A stretch of DNA of 47,331 bases from Promethearchaeota archaeon (GTDB lineage: Archaea; Asgardarchaeota; Lokiarchaeia; Sigyniarchaeales; SOKP01): the NCBI GenBank assembly GCA_018238625.1, contig JABCSY010000019.1, forward strand, positions 1 through 47,331, read 5' to 3'. Position numbers and translations under genes: made by a program. Under the pieces are notes generated by a model. It was not told the origin of the DNA, did not search any database, and saw only the letters and a program-made list of their open reading frames with translations. This document shows, in pieces, positions 9,430 through 20,400 of this stretch; the stretch's first letter is position 1, and each line of letters opens with the position of its first letter.

Positions 9430-10326
9430 GTGACAAAATTGGTTATAAGAAAAGCATCACATGCGGGAAGTTGGTACCCTGGTAATAAAGAAGACTTAAT
9501 AAAAAACCTTGATTATATGTTTTCTGATAAAGAATTTGGGCCAGGTAAATTACCTGAAACGCTAAATCAAGACAATAGGACTATAATTGGAGGTGTGTCT
9601 CCTCATGCAGGATATACCTTTTCTGGAAGATGTGCCGCCTTTACGTATTTGAACTTATTTAAAGAAAGAATCCCGGACACAGTTATCGTATTAGGGACGG
9701 ATCATGTTGGTTATAGAAAGGTGGCTCTATTAGAAGATGGAGCTTGGGAAACGCCTTTAGGTAACTTACAAATTGATGATGAATTATCTAAAAAAATTTT
9801 AGATACAAGTGAAATTATTGTTGAAGATAGTTCTGCCTTCACCGGCATCATGGAACGAGAACATAATATTGAGATACAATTACCTTTCATTAAATATTGT
9901 GCTAAAGATAAAGACGTAAAAATAGTAACGCTAAAAATGGGAATTAGAAGGGATTATAGCGTATTTGAAGTTGAACAAATAGCTTCTGATATTTCTACAG
10001 CAATTAAGGCGTTAAACAAAGATGTAGTTATTGTAGCATCGACTGATATGTCGCATAAAGATGTTTTTGATACAAATCAATTAAGAGAGTTTAAGAAATT
10101 TGATCAAGATGTTATTGATGCTTTTATAGAATTTAATCCTAAAAAAACATTTTCAGCTGCTTCAAAAACAACCGTATGCGGACCCCAAACAATGACGACT
10201 TTAATGTTAATTTGTGAAAAATTAAACGCAACTTTAGGTGAATTGTTAAAATATTATACTAGTTTCGATATTAAGGGTGAATATGGATATTGTGTTAGTT
10301 ATTTTTCGGGTATTATAGTAGTTTAA
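9430..10326 (+). CDS. MEMO1 / AmmeMemoRadiSam protein B family
   Basis: RKASHAGSWYP, SPHAGYTFSG, GTDH, WETPLG, EHNIEIQLPF, STDMSH, TVCG and YYTS motifs. Confidence 0.92.
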   Translation: MTKLVIRKASHAGSWYPGNKEDLIKNLDYMFSDKEFGPGKLPETLNQDNRTIIGGVSPHAGYTFSGRCAAFTYLNLFKERIPDTVIVLGTDHVGYRKVALLEDGAWETPLGNLQIDDELSKKILDTSEIIVEDSSAFTGIMEREHNIEIQLPFIKYCAKDKDVKIVTLKMGIRRDYSVFEVEQIASDISTAIKALNKDVVIVASTDMSHKDVFDTNQLREFKKFDQDVIDAFIEFNPKKTFSAASKTTVCGPQTMTTLMLICEKLNATLGELLKYYTSFDIKGEYGYCVSYFSGIIVV

Positions 10327-10362
10327 TAGAAAAATAAAAAAACTAAAATTAAAGAAAAAATT

Positions 10363-11484
10363 TTGAGAAATATGCCAGAGGAAAACGAGGAGAAAGTAGA
10401 AGATTTTATCTCTCTATGGAAAAAAAAAATCACATCAGAAAATCAATCTTCTGTAATTGGAGAGTCACTAAATAAAATTGAATCATTACAAAAAGAAAAC
10501 GAAGATTTAAGAAATAAGATTTCTGCCAATATCAATTTAATAACCCGATCTGAGGAAATCCTTAAAAGCGTTGTTGCTGAAAAAGAAAAATTAAAAGTAG
10601 AGAAAGAAGAGGCGGTAGCTGAAATAAGCATAAAATTTAACAACTTACAAGTCGAAAATTCAGAGCTAAATAATAAAGTAAAAAGTATGATAAAACTCTT
10701 GCTAGAAAAGGACGAAGAGATTAAATCCAAAGATAGTCTAATATCTTATCTGCAAACAACGAGTGTTTCTGCGTCAGTACCAACAACTCCAGCAAATAAC
10801 GCGTTGGTTGAGGAGCTACAATCAGATTTAAATAAAAGAAAATCTAATGTAACAGCACTAGAGTCAAAAATTTCATCATTATCGGAAGAGATTAAGTCGC
10901 TCAATAGTCAATTAATTGAAAAAATGAAAAGCGAGCCTGTAGATTATGTAATTCAAGCAGAACCTCCTAAACCTCAAGCACCCCCCGTTATTAAACCACT
11001 CCCGCCTGAACCGTCGTCAAGGCCGCTTGAAGCATTATGTAAAGATCTTCAATCTGATTTAACCAAATACAAACGAGTGATCGAAAAGATAACCAAAGAG
11101 AAATCGCAACTTAAGAATGCTTTAGAAGAAAAAGGATTCCAATTTAGCTCTCAAGATTTGGAATCATTGAAAGAAGAAAATGAATCCCTTAAAAAGGATC
11201 TTGAAGAAATCCAAAGTTCTCTTGAGGTTAAGAAAATAGAAGCAACGCAGATTGCCACCCAAAATGTCGAACAAAAAATAAAAAACCTTGAAAGTAAAAT
11301 ACGAGAAAAGGAAGATATAATAGCCGACTTAAAATTATCACAGATATCCCCAACTTCGACTTCTGCAGGTTCGATGCCAGAATTAGTCGAAAATCTACAG
11401 AAAAATATAAACAAATTAAAATCAATTATTACTGAGAAAGATAATATAATTTCAGAATTAAATAAACAATTTAATCAAATGTAG
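10363..11484 (+). CDS. Segmented coiled-coil protein
   Basis: Heptad-rich E/K/L segments separated by S/T/P-rich linkers. The start may be ATG 10372. Confidence 0.75.
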   Translation: MRNMPEENEEKVEDFISLWKKKITSENQSSVIGESLNKIESLQKENEDLRNKISANINLITRSEEILKSVVAEKEKLKVEKEEAVAEISIKFNNLQVENSELNNKVKSMIKLLLEKDEEIKSKDSLISYLQTTSVSASVPTTPANNALVEELQSDLNKRKSNVTALESKISSLSEEIKSLNSQLIEKMKSEPVDYVIQAEPPKPQAPPVIKPLPPEPSSRPLEALCKDLQSDLTKYKRVIEKITKEKSQLKNALEEKGFQFSSQDLESLKEENESLKKDLEEIQSSLEVKKIEATQIATQNVEQKIKNLESKIREKEDIIADLKLSQISPTSTSAGSMPELVENLQKNINKLKSIITEKDNIISELNKQFNQM

Positions 11485-11606
11485 TTAATTGATTTATTGC
11501 AAATTTATTAAGTCTTGTCTCATTTTTAAGAATGAAGTTCTTTCTTAAATAGATTTTATTTTAAACCATAACCAAAAGTTTCAAATATTATAATTAAGTA
11601 AGTTCT

Positions 11607-12617
11607 TTGTGCGATAAGAAATTAAATGAAGAAAAGACGGCTACTTATATGAAAAATTCGTTATCATTTTTATTCATTGGACACATAGCTATCGACAGCA
11701 TTATTCGATTTAAACAAAAACGAAAGCCATCTTTAGGTGGAAGTGTTACTTTTGGTTCGTTAGGGCTTAGAAAATACACAAAGTCAACGAATATTGGTAT
11801 TATCTCAAATTTAGGAATTATAAATTTTGATAAATCGTTGTTAAAGCGTTTTGATAACAAGTCTATAGATATTAGCGGTGTGAAATCGTTTGAAACCGAG
11901 AACACGAATTTTGTATTAGATTATTCAAATCATTCAAGAACGCTAACCCTCAAATCTAGAAGTCCTAATCTAAGATTTGAAGATATCCCTGAATTTTACA
12001 AAACAAACCTTCCAAATATTATCGTGTTAGTTCCTTTGTGTAATGAAATTTCTTATGAATATGTATCAAAAATATTATTGGAATTTCCAAGTGCTTTTAT
12101 TGGAATTGATCTACAAGGATTTCTTAGAAATATTGATGATATTGGGAAAATAACTTACATCTCAGACGAAGCAATTATTACTAACATGAAAAAAATAATT
12201 AGCTTAATAGGAGATCGATTAGTTCTAAAAGGGTCTGAGATTGAAATGAAATTATTATCTGGTGAAACAGACCTACAAAAAGTAATGGAATCTTTTAAGA
12301 GCTTTGAAAATGAGGCTATATTCATCATGACACTGGGAGAAGGGGGATCTATGATATTAAAGAATGGAGAAAAACTGTTAAAAATCCCAGCTTTTAAACC
12401 AAAAGCGGTTGTGGATGAAACTGGAGCAGGAGATATATACTTAGCAATTCTTTTATATGAACTAATCAATTCTGATAAGTCATGGAACGCGGTCGAAAGG
12501 GCAGGATACATCGCATCAGCGGCAGCATCTTTTTTGATCGAAAAGAAAGGTCCTGCGGGGTTCGAAACGAAAAATAAAGTTTTAAAAAGGTTAGAAAGTA
12601 AAAAATATATCAACTAA
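11607..12617 (+). CDS. PfkB/ribokinase-family carbohydrate kinase
   Basis: IGHIAID, LGGSVTF, MTLGEGGS and anion-hole VDETGAGDIY. The start may be ATG 11649. Confidence 0.88.
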   Translation: MCDKKLNEEKTATYMKNSLSFLFIGHIAIDSIIRFKQKRKPSLGGSVTFGSLGLRKYTKSTNIGIISNLGIINFDKSLLKRFDNKSIDISGVKSFETENTNFVLDYSNHSRTLTLKSRSPNLRFEDIPEFYKTNLPNIIVLVPLCNEISYEYVSKILLEFPSAFIGIDLQGFLRNIDDIGKITYISDEAIITNMKKIISLIGDRLVLKGSEIEMKLLSGETDLQKVMESFKSFENEAIFIMTLGEGGSMILKNGEKLLKIPAFKPKAVVDETGAGDIYLAILLYELINSDKSWNAVERAGYIASAAASFLIEKKGPAGFETKNKVLKRLESKKYIN

Positions 12618-12637
12618 TTCACTTTAAGTATAATAAC

Positions 12638-13231
12638 ATGCATATAAATTCACATTTCAGCGTAGGAATAATCTTTGCTTCAGTATTGAATTACTATTTC
12701 AATTTTTCTTTTTTTGAATATTTCCTCGTCCTTTTACTTTCTTTTATCTGTGATTTCGACGTCTTTTTTTCTCAATATGCTAAAGATCACAATCACAGAA
12801 TGCTTATTTCACATTCAATAATACCTAGTCTATTTATTATAGTAATTGGGGTAATTACTAATTGGCCTGCATTGTACTTCAGTGGTATCGCCTATTCTAC
12901 ACATATCGTTATAGATACTTTTGATTGGGGGACTAATTTTTTCTATTTTCAAAAAAAGCAAATAGGACTGAAACTTTTAATTTCAAAAGAGGAATTTGAA
13001 AATTTACCTAAATACTTATCCAAATATAAAAGAGCAGAATCCTTTTTTGACGAAAAATATTATAGCAATAAGATTTGTTTGGGAATTGAAGTTATCTTGT
13101 TTTTCTTAATGATGGTATTTATGATTATTTTTGCGTTCCAATATTTTTTTCTTATATTCATTTATTTTATTTTTTTAAGTTTCCATTTGTATAGACACAT
13201 TCGATTAAAAAGAATTGAATCTTCAGATTAA
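12638..13231 (+). CDS. Membrane-bound metal-dependent hydrolase (YdjM-like)
   Basis: N-terminal HxxSH, CDFD, HNHRMLISHS, STHIVID and several TM segments. Confidence 0.75.
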   Translation: MHINSHFSVGIIFASVLNYYFNFSFFEYFLVLLLSFICDFDVFFSQYAKDHNHRMLISHSIIPSLFIIVIGVITNWPALYFSGIAYSTHIVIDTFDWGTNFFYFQKKQIGLKLLISKEEFENLPKYLSKYKRAESFFDEKYYSNKICLGIEVILFFLMMVFMIIFAFQYFFLIFIYFIFLSFHLYRHIRLKRIESSD

Positions 13232-13377
13232 ATTTTGCCAGAACCTAATCGATTCCTACACATTATAAATTAAATGAAAAATATTTAAGAGTTAAAAGTT
13301 AGTTTAAAATCATATCCCATAAAATGGATGCAAATTAAACTAATTACTTGAAATATTTAATGTAAATGTGATATTAT

Positions 13378-13815
13378 ATGTCTGAAGGAATGAAAACCAA
13401 AGTTGGATTGTCTTTAGAACAAGAAATGATATTTTCGTGCGACCTTGGGGATATGGAAGTAAAAGATTGCTATGTGGACGATACACATAAGGATGAAGTT
13501 GACATGCTTGGGCCTAACCCTACAAGAATGCTAGGATTAGCTTTATTAGGGTGTTTGAGTGCTAGTTTTATCTTTTGTTTAAAAAAAAGAAATCTTACTT
13601 TAGACGATTTGAAAGCTGAAGCAGAACTAACAATTGCTCGAAATAAAAAAGGTTTCTGGAGAGTTAAGAAGATCGATGTCGATCTTGATATTAAAATTAG
13701 CGATCTTGACACTCGTAAAAGAGCAGATCAATGCAGAAAGATGTTCGAAGAATACTGTGTTGTAACTCAGGCTGTTCGAGAAGGTATTGATGTTGAAGTG
13801 AATGTTAATTATTAA
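13378..13815 (+). CDS. OsmC/Ohr-family protein
   Basis: GPNPTRML.LALLGCL and FEEYCVVTQAV give the two-Cys pattern. Confidence 0.88.
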   Translation: MSEGMKTKVGLSLEQEMIFSCDLGDMEVKDCYVDDTHKDEVDMLGPNPTRMLGLALLGCLSASFIFCLKKRNLTLDDLKAEAELTIARNKKGFWRVKKIDVDLDIKISDLDTRKRADQCRKMFEEYCVVTQAVREGIDVEVNVNY

Positions 13816-13887
13816 TTTATTATTTCTTTATTACTTTTTAAACGCTTGTATAAATTCGTTTTTTGAATAATAATTTAAGTGCATAAT

Positions 13888-14886
13888 TTAATCGTTTATG
13901 CCACTATCAGTTATTGAAAACACAGCGTCTCCTTCGGGTAAATGGGGGGCATCAACCATTTTGGCTACTCTCTGTTCTGCTTTTCCTTTTCTTAAATAAA
14001 TTCTTATCGTAGCACCGTGAGCCATAATATGGCCCCCTGTATGGGTTGTTGGGTTTCCATAAAAAACATCAGGTTTCGAAGAAACTTGATTTGTAATCAT
14101 TACTGCCAACTCGTCAAAAATTTCTGTTAACCTTAATAAATCATGAATGTGAGTGTTGAGTATTTGTTGTCGATTTGCCAAAGTGCCCCTCCCTACATAT
14201 TCGCTTCGAAAGTGTCCAATTATTGAATCTACAATGATAAGTTTGATGTTCTTTTCTTTAATTATCTTTGAAGCTTCTTGTGCTAGCAGGACTTGGTGAT
14301 CAGAATTATAAGCTCTCCCAACAGTAATATTGCGTAAAACTTGATTATAATCTAAATCCTTAGCTTCGGCCATTTGGACTATTCTTTCAGGTCTAAAAGT
14401 TCCTTCCGAATCGATATAAAGGGCATTGCCTTCAAGACCGCCCTCTTCGTAGGGTAATTGGACGTTTACACAGAGCTGATGCGCTATTTGGGTTTTCCCC
14501 GTCCTATATTCGCCATAAAACTCAGTCAATGCTCCTGGCTCAATTCCCCCTGCTAATAAATCGTCTAATGTATGACTACTTGTTGTTAACCGATTCAAAT
14601 GCTTTCTTTTTTCCCATATAACATCTGCGCTTTTAAATCCCATTTTTTCAATGTCTTGAGCAGCTTTAACAATTTTTTGAGCTGTTTTTTCTCCAATTCC
14701 CGCTTTTTCCATTAATTTAGCAATTGGATAAATTGCAAGATATTTGATCGAGATAATTCCTGCGTCCTTTAACTTTTTTATCGTAACATCTCCTACTCCC
14801 GGTAAATCCTTAAGTTGGTATTTTACCTCCGTTTTTATCGCGTCTTCACTGCTACTTTCTTCAAAATCAACTTTTTTTTTTGCCAT
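13888..14886 (-). CDS. radA: DNA repair and recombination protein RadA
   Basis: N-terminal HhH (DLPGVG), Walker A GEYRTGKTQ, YIDSEGTFRPER, IIVDS, HFRSEYVGRGTLANRQQ and DAPHLPEG. Confidence 0.97.
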   Translation of the reverse strand: MAKKKVDFEESSSEDAIKTEVKYQLKDLPGVGDVTIKKLKDAGIISIKYLAIYPIAKLMEKAGIGEKTAQKIVKAAQDIEKMGFKSADVIWEKRKHLNRLTTSSHTLDDLLAGGIEPGALTEFYGEYRTGKTQIAHQLCVNVQLPYEEGGLEGNALYIDSEGTFRPERIVQMAEAKDLDYNQVLRNITVGRAYNSDHQVLLAQEASKIIKEKNIKLIIVDSIIGHFRSEYVGRGTLANRQQILNTHIHDLLRLTEIFDELAVMITNQVSSKPDVFYGNPTTHTGGHIMAHGATIRIYLRKGKAEQRVAKMVDAPHLPEGDAVFSITDSGIND

Positions 14887-14999
14887 GATTATGCCAAACT
14901 GAAAATTAGTTTAATTTAAATTATAATGTCAATAATTTATTGTTTAATATATATAAAAATAATAACAAAAAAATAAAAAATATAAAGTTATTTCTTTTT

Positions 15000-15683
15000 C
15001 TAACCTTCCTTGCCGCTCTTAGTTATCATTAGTAGTAGAATAAATAATATCACACTCATAAGAAATGTCAACATTCCCATCGCTCCCGGCAACCAAACGT
15101 AGCTTAAATAGAGAAAAGGTGGGATAAATAACCCAATTATGATAATAAAGACTGGTAATGGTACGTCCTCACCCTTTAGATCTACGAATAATGGAACAAT
15201 TACTAAACCAATCAAAAGAGACGCTGCAACTCTAAAAGCAAACAACATGGTGGGGTTTACCCAACTTTCTATTCCGAAAGCAGCTGTGTAAGTGTCTGGT
15301 AAATAGAAAAACCAATATAGAGCAGTGTTAGTTTGCATTGTAGGGAGAGATACTGGTAAAATCGCGGTAAGAATTAATTGTATTATAATTGCTAAAACTA
15401 AGTATAAAACAATGTCATTAATTTCTTTTGGATCAATTTTTTTTTTTACGCCGAATAAATCTCGTAATAAACAGAAAATCCACAGAATAAACAATATTAA
15501 ATATACGCCAAGAACATCAAATTGAAGAAACCATAAGACATTAACAGGTACCAGAGCCACGATGTACGCTAGATAACCATATCTTTCGTTCCTCTTAAAT
15601 AGATCGAAAAATAAAAAAATGCCATATATCAGAAAAAGAGTTGCTAGAATTACTATAGAATTTATTAGTTCAAAATCAGCCAC
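15000..15683 (-). CDS. Polytopic membrane protein, unknown function
   Basis: 227 aa with about 7 hydrophobic segments. GTG start preceded by AGGAAG. Confidence 0.75.
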   Translation of the reverse strand: MADFELINSIVILATLFLIYGIFLFFDLFKRNERYGYLAYIVALVPVNVLWFLQFDVLGVYLILFILWIFCLLRDLFGVKKKIDPKEINDIVLYLVLAIIIQLILTAILPVSLPTMQTNTALYWFFYLPDTYTAAFGIESWVNPTMLFAFRVAASLLIGLVIVPLFVDLKGEDVPLPVFIIIIGLFIPPFLYLSYVWLPGAMGMLTFLMSVILFILLLMITKSGKEG

Positions 15684-15834
15684 TATAAAAACTTCCTTTT
15701 ATTTAATTATTTTAATTTTATTAATAATAATAATATAGCAACATATTATTTTAAATATAATTCCATTAGAAAGGATTTAAGTTTAGAAATATTTTATTTT
15801 TTCCCATTCTAATATTTTGTAAATAATTAGAAGG

Positions 15835-17220
15835 TTATAGTTTCGAAATTATTTTGGATAAATCGTTTACCATTTTTACTGATTTGCTCTTATCTTCTGA
15901 CTCTGCCGATAACAGGATTGCGTTTCTGTTTAAAGCTACTTTAATGTTTACGTACACGTCTTCACCAATTATTTTTAGCTCATTTATTATATCTTGGTAT
16001 TTTAATTCGTGTTCATCGGCGAATTCAATTAACCTATTATGAATTGTTTCTATTATTTCTGCTGATACGGGTATTGTTTTATTAACCTTTATCCCGTTAG
16101 GAAAACCAATTGTAAGAGAACTAATTAAATCTTTTTGATGTGCCATAATTTCAAGAATTTTGAGCAAAATATAATTACCATCTGAAAATGGTGCATAATG
16201 TGGAAAATAAAATTTCAGCGACTCAGAGGCGGCAAAACAAGCTCTTTCTTGTCTAATTTGCCTCGAAAGCTCTCCTGGATAATTCTCTACAAGTTTAGTT
16301 GCATGTCCACTTTCCTCTATAAAGCTTTTAACGACGGGAGAAATCGAGGGGGTTAGAATAACGGTACTATTTCTGGATTTTTGAATTCTCTCATCGTAAG
16401 CGATAAATAACATTAATAAATTTTCATAGCTAATTTCTAATCCATTTTCATCTACTAGTAATATCCTTGATCCATCGACGTCAAAGCACACACCTAAATG
16501 GCTATTTGAGGCTTTTACGATGTCCGCAGTATTTTTTATGGTATTTATACTTGGTACTGGTACTACAGTTCTTTCTCGGTAATGAGTGTTTAAAGCAATT
16601 ACTTCAACTCCTATCTCGTTAATTAATATTGGAGTTATGTTTCCAGTTGGACTAAATGAACAATCAACTACTATCTTTAAACGCGCTTCTTTTATTAGTT
16701 TTTTATTAACAAATTGTTCTAATGATTTAATGTATACATCTTGAGTTTGAGGGATCGCAATTATGCGCCCTATCTTTCGCGGTTCTGCCCGTCTAATTTG
16801 TGTGGGGAAATTGCGGTATGAATCAATGATTTTTTTTATTTCGACGAGGGATAACTCAATCCCTCCAGCGTCTACAAATCTAATACCCACATCTTCGCTA
16901 TATAGATGCCCTCCTGAAAAATATGCCCCTCCACTTGCTCCAAATCTTCTAATCGTAAATTCTAATAAAGGAAATGTGCAGTCGGAAAGATTTAAAACAT
17001 TTACTCCTGTACTCATAACACCCGAAGTATATGCTCTTTTTAACATGCGGCTGTCGTTATGGTAATCGCGTCCAATTACGATTGTTTCGTCTAATTGAAA
17101 TGAACTTCCATGAATAGATCCAATAGAGCTGGCTATTTCAGGTGTAAATATATAATTTGCTCTTCCTACAATTCGTCCGTTTTTGTTCAGTTCATCTAGA
17201 TTTTGGACGCGCGCACACAT
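15835..17220 (-). CDS. Phosphomannomutase/phosphoglucomutase-fold protein with degenerate active site
   Basis: GRANYIFTPE, VIGRDYH..SRMLKRA..SG..STG and KIVVDCSFS are present. The catalytic TASHNP loop reads FSGGHL and the metal loop DGDGDR reads DVDGSR. Confidence 0.85.
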   Translation of the reverse strand: MCARVQNLDELNKNGRIVGRANYIFTPEIASSIGSIHGSSFQLDETIVIGRDYHNDSRMLKRAYTSGVMSTGVNVLNLSDCTFPLLEFTIRRFGASGGAYFSGGHLYSEDVGIRFVDAGGIELSLVEIKKIIDSYRNFPTQIRRAEPRKIGRIIAIPQTQDVYIKSLEQFVNKKLIKEARLKIVVDCSFSPTGNITPILINEIGVEVIALNTHYRERTVVPVPSINTIKNTADIVKASNSHLGVCFDVDGSRILLVDENGLEISYENLLMLFIAYDERIQKSRNSTVILTPSISPVVKSFIEESGHATKLVENYPGELSRQIRQERACFAASESLKFYFPHYAPFSDGNYILLKILEIMAHQKDLISSLTIGFPNGIKVNKTIPVSAEIIETIHNRLIEFADEHELKYQDIINELKIIGEDVYVNIKVALNRNAILLSAESEDKSKSVKMVNDLSKIISKL

Positions 17221-17477
17221 TTAACATCAGTATAATTTCGTATTGCAAAAAATAATTAGAAAACTAATTAATATAGCTAGTTTTGATTTAATAACTTTAA
17301 CTGTTAAAAATTAGGAATGATTTATGTTATTAAATATTATCAAAAAACTAGTAATTTCGAATTAGTTAGACACGATTATCATTCTCTTTTGGAATGAAAT
17401 CTTTTAAAATGTTCATTAGATAATCAATATTAACAAAAAATAAAAAAAAAATTCTAAGGCAAAAAAGTGAAATACCT

Positions 17478-20400
17478 ATGAAAATCTCGAGAGCCGCAAG
17501 AAATAGATATGTATTTGATGATTTCAAATTTTCTGAAAATGGAAGTATTGAATTTAATGGTGATATACATTTAGTTAGATTATTTGTGCAAAAATTGAAT
17601 CAAAAAAAAGATTTAGTGAATTATCCCGAAATGGCAATTAAAATAGGAGAATTTAATGGGATGGCATTAATATATGAAATTAAAAAGTATTTGTTTGATT
17701 TGTACAAAGAAGAAACAAAGGCTTCATCTTTAAACCGTGAACTTTTTGATTACTTGAAAAAATCAATTGGAGCTACTAAACTTAATGGTGCAATTTACTC
17801 ATTGATCGAAGAATTTCCTCCCGAAAGTGTGTATCAAGGAAAAATTGATATCGATCAATTCTTGAAAGAAAAAATCGACGGTGTTGAAAATGAAATCCAA
17901 TTCGTCGAAGAATTTTTAAATCTTTGGCTTGGGAATGTAAACCCTTCTTTCTCGCCATACGTTGAACTATTTGATGATGGATCGATAGAAAAGAGGACTG
18001 TATATAGGGAAATAATTAACGAAACAAAGGAATTTTTCAATGGTAAATCTAAATTTGGTCCAAATAATCAAAACTTAATTGAAATGTTAAATGAGCCTAC
18101 GCTCAAATATCCACATTCTATTCGGGATCAATTAGAATATATACATGAACATTGGGGCGAAAAATTAGGGAAATATATGTTTAGAATTTTGGTCGCTATT
18201 GATATTATACGAGAAGAAGAGAAGTTAAGGGGATTAGGGCCTGGTAAGTCAAAAGCTTATGAATACGACATAATGGAACTTGAAAATTACACCAGCGATA
18301 AAGAATGGATGCCTAAAGTTGTGATGATCGCTAAGAATGTTTATGTTTGGATGGATCAACTTTCTAAAAAGTATAAAAGATCTATTACAAAGCTATATGA
18401 AATACCAAATGAAGAATTAGCTCAATTAAAGGAATGGGGGTTTACAGGACTTTGGCTTATTGGACTTTGGGAAAGAAGTCAAGCATCTAAGACAATTAAA
18501 CGTTGGTGCGGTAATCCCGAAGCGGAAGCTAGCGCTTATTCAACGTATGATTACGCAATCGCGCATGACTTAGGCGGTTACGAATCCTATGAAAACTTAA
18601 GAGATAGAGCAATGACAATGGGTATTCGTCTTGCTTGTGATATGGTTCCAAACCACACGGGCATCGTTTCTAAATGGATAATAGAACATCCTGATTGGTA
18701 TGTATCTTTACACTATCCTCCATTTCCTTCTTATAGTTATTCTGGAGAAAATCTATCTGGCGATCCTAATAAAGGGATATTTTTAGAAGACAAATATTTT
18801 TCTAGAACTGATGCTGCGGTTACATTTAAACATGTAGACTTTAGAACGGGAGAAGAGAAATATATTTACCATGGAAATGACGGAACTAGTTTTCCATGGA
18901 ACGATACAGCTCAATTAGATTTTCTGAACCCTGAAGTAAGAGAAGCAGTTATACAAACCATACTTCATGTTTCCAGAATGTTTCCAATTATTCGTTTTGA
19001 TGCTGCTATGACACTTACGAGGAAGCATTTTCAACGTTTGTGGTTTCCAGAGCCAGGAACGGGAGGTGCTATTCCTTCAAGAGCTGAACAAGGCATATCA
19101 AAAGAGGATTTCTATAAGGCAATGCCGAAGGAGTTTTGGCGCGAAGTTGTAGATCGGATCAATAAAGAAAATCCAGACACTTTACTATTAGCAGAAGCAT
19201 TTTGGCTACTTGAAGGATTCTTTGTGAGAACTCTAGGAATGCATCGTGTATATAATTCTGCCTTCATGAATATGCTTCGCGACGAAGATAACGCTATGTA
19301 CCGATTAGTGTTAAAAAACACTTTAGAATTTGATCCTGAAATTCTTAAACGATTTGTTAATTTCATGAATAATCCAGACGAAGAAACTGCTATCAAACAA
19401 TTTGGAGATGGAGGTAAATATTTCGGCGTTTGCTTAATGCTCATAACTATGCCCGGTTTACCCATGTTTGGGCACGGTCAAATAGAAGGATTCAGTGAAA
19501 AATACGGCATGGAATATAGACGTGCTTATTGGGATGAAAAGATTAACTTGGACTTACTTCAACGGCACGAAGATATAATTTTTCCTATAATGAAGAAACG
19601 CTACTTATTTGCTAACGCAAATAACTTTTTATTATATGATTTTTGGAGTGGCAATGTGGTTAATGAAGATGTTTTTGCTTACTCAAATAGAGTTAATAAC
19701 GAACGAGCTTTGGTTCTTTATCACAATAAGTTTGCTGAAACAAAAGGTTTTATTAAAAATTCCGTTGGGTTTGCTGATAAGTTAGCAGAAAATAAAGTTG
19801 TAATTCAAAAGTCTTTAATAGATGGTTTAACCTTACCTAAAGAAGGATATTGCATCTTTAAAGATTATCTAACTGGGTTAGAATATATTAGACGAAATAG
19901 AGACCTACACGAACAAGGGTTGTATTTAGAGCTTCAAGCATATCAAATGTTTGTATTTATGGATTTTCAAATAGTTCAAGATAATGAATTTTTTCACTAT
20001 GCTCAATTGTATGATTTCTTAGGGGGAAAAGGTGTTTATAATATTAATGAAACTTTACACGAGATAATCTATCAACCATTACACGAGAAATTTAGAGAAA
20101 TAGTTAATATCCCTAATTTTAAAGATTTATTAAACACTAAAAAAACAGAACAAGTAGTAGAAGTTATTAGCGATAAATTAAATTCATTTTTAATAGAAGT
20201 TAAAAACTATTCTTCGAGTAAAAAGGATGTTACAAGAGTTAAAAAAGAAATAATTGAAAAACTAAAAGTAATATCAAGATTGGAACAAAGATTAAAAAAT
20301 ATAAAAATTAATCCGGAATTAACACATATTTATGAAAAAATGCTTCCTAATTCTGAAGTTGAATGGGGAATACTCTTATCTTGGCTATTTATTCATCAAT

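Noticed and set aside
10363-11484. SMC/Rad50 or ESCRT-III call for the coiled-coil protein
   Set aside because: No Walker motifs or hinge domain, and no Snf7-like pattern recognised.
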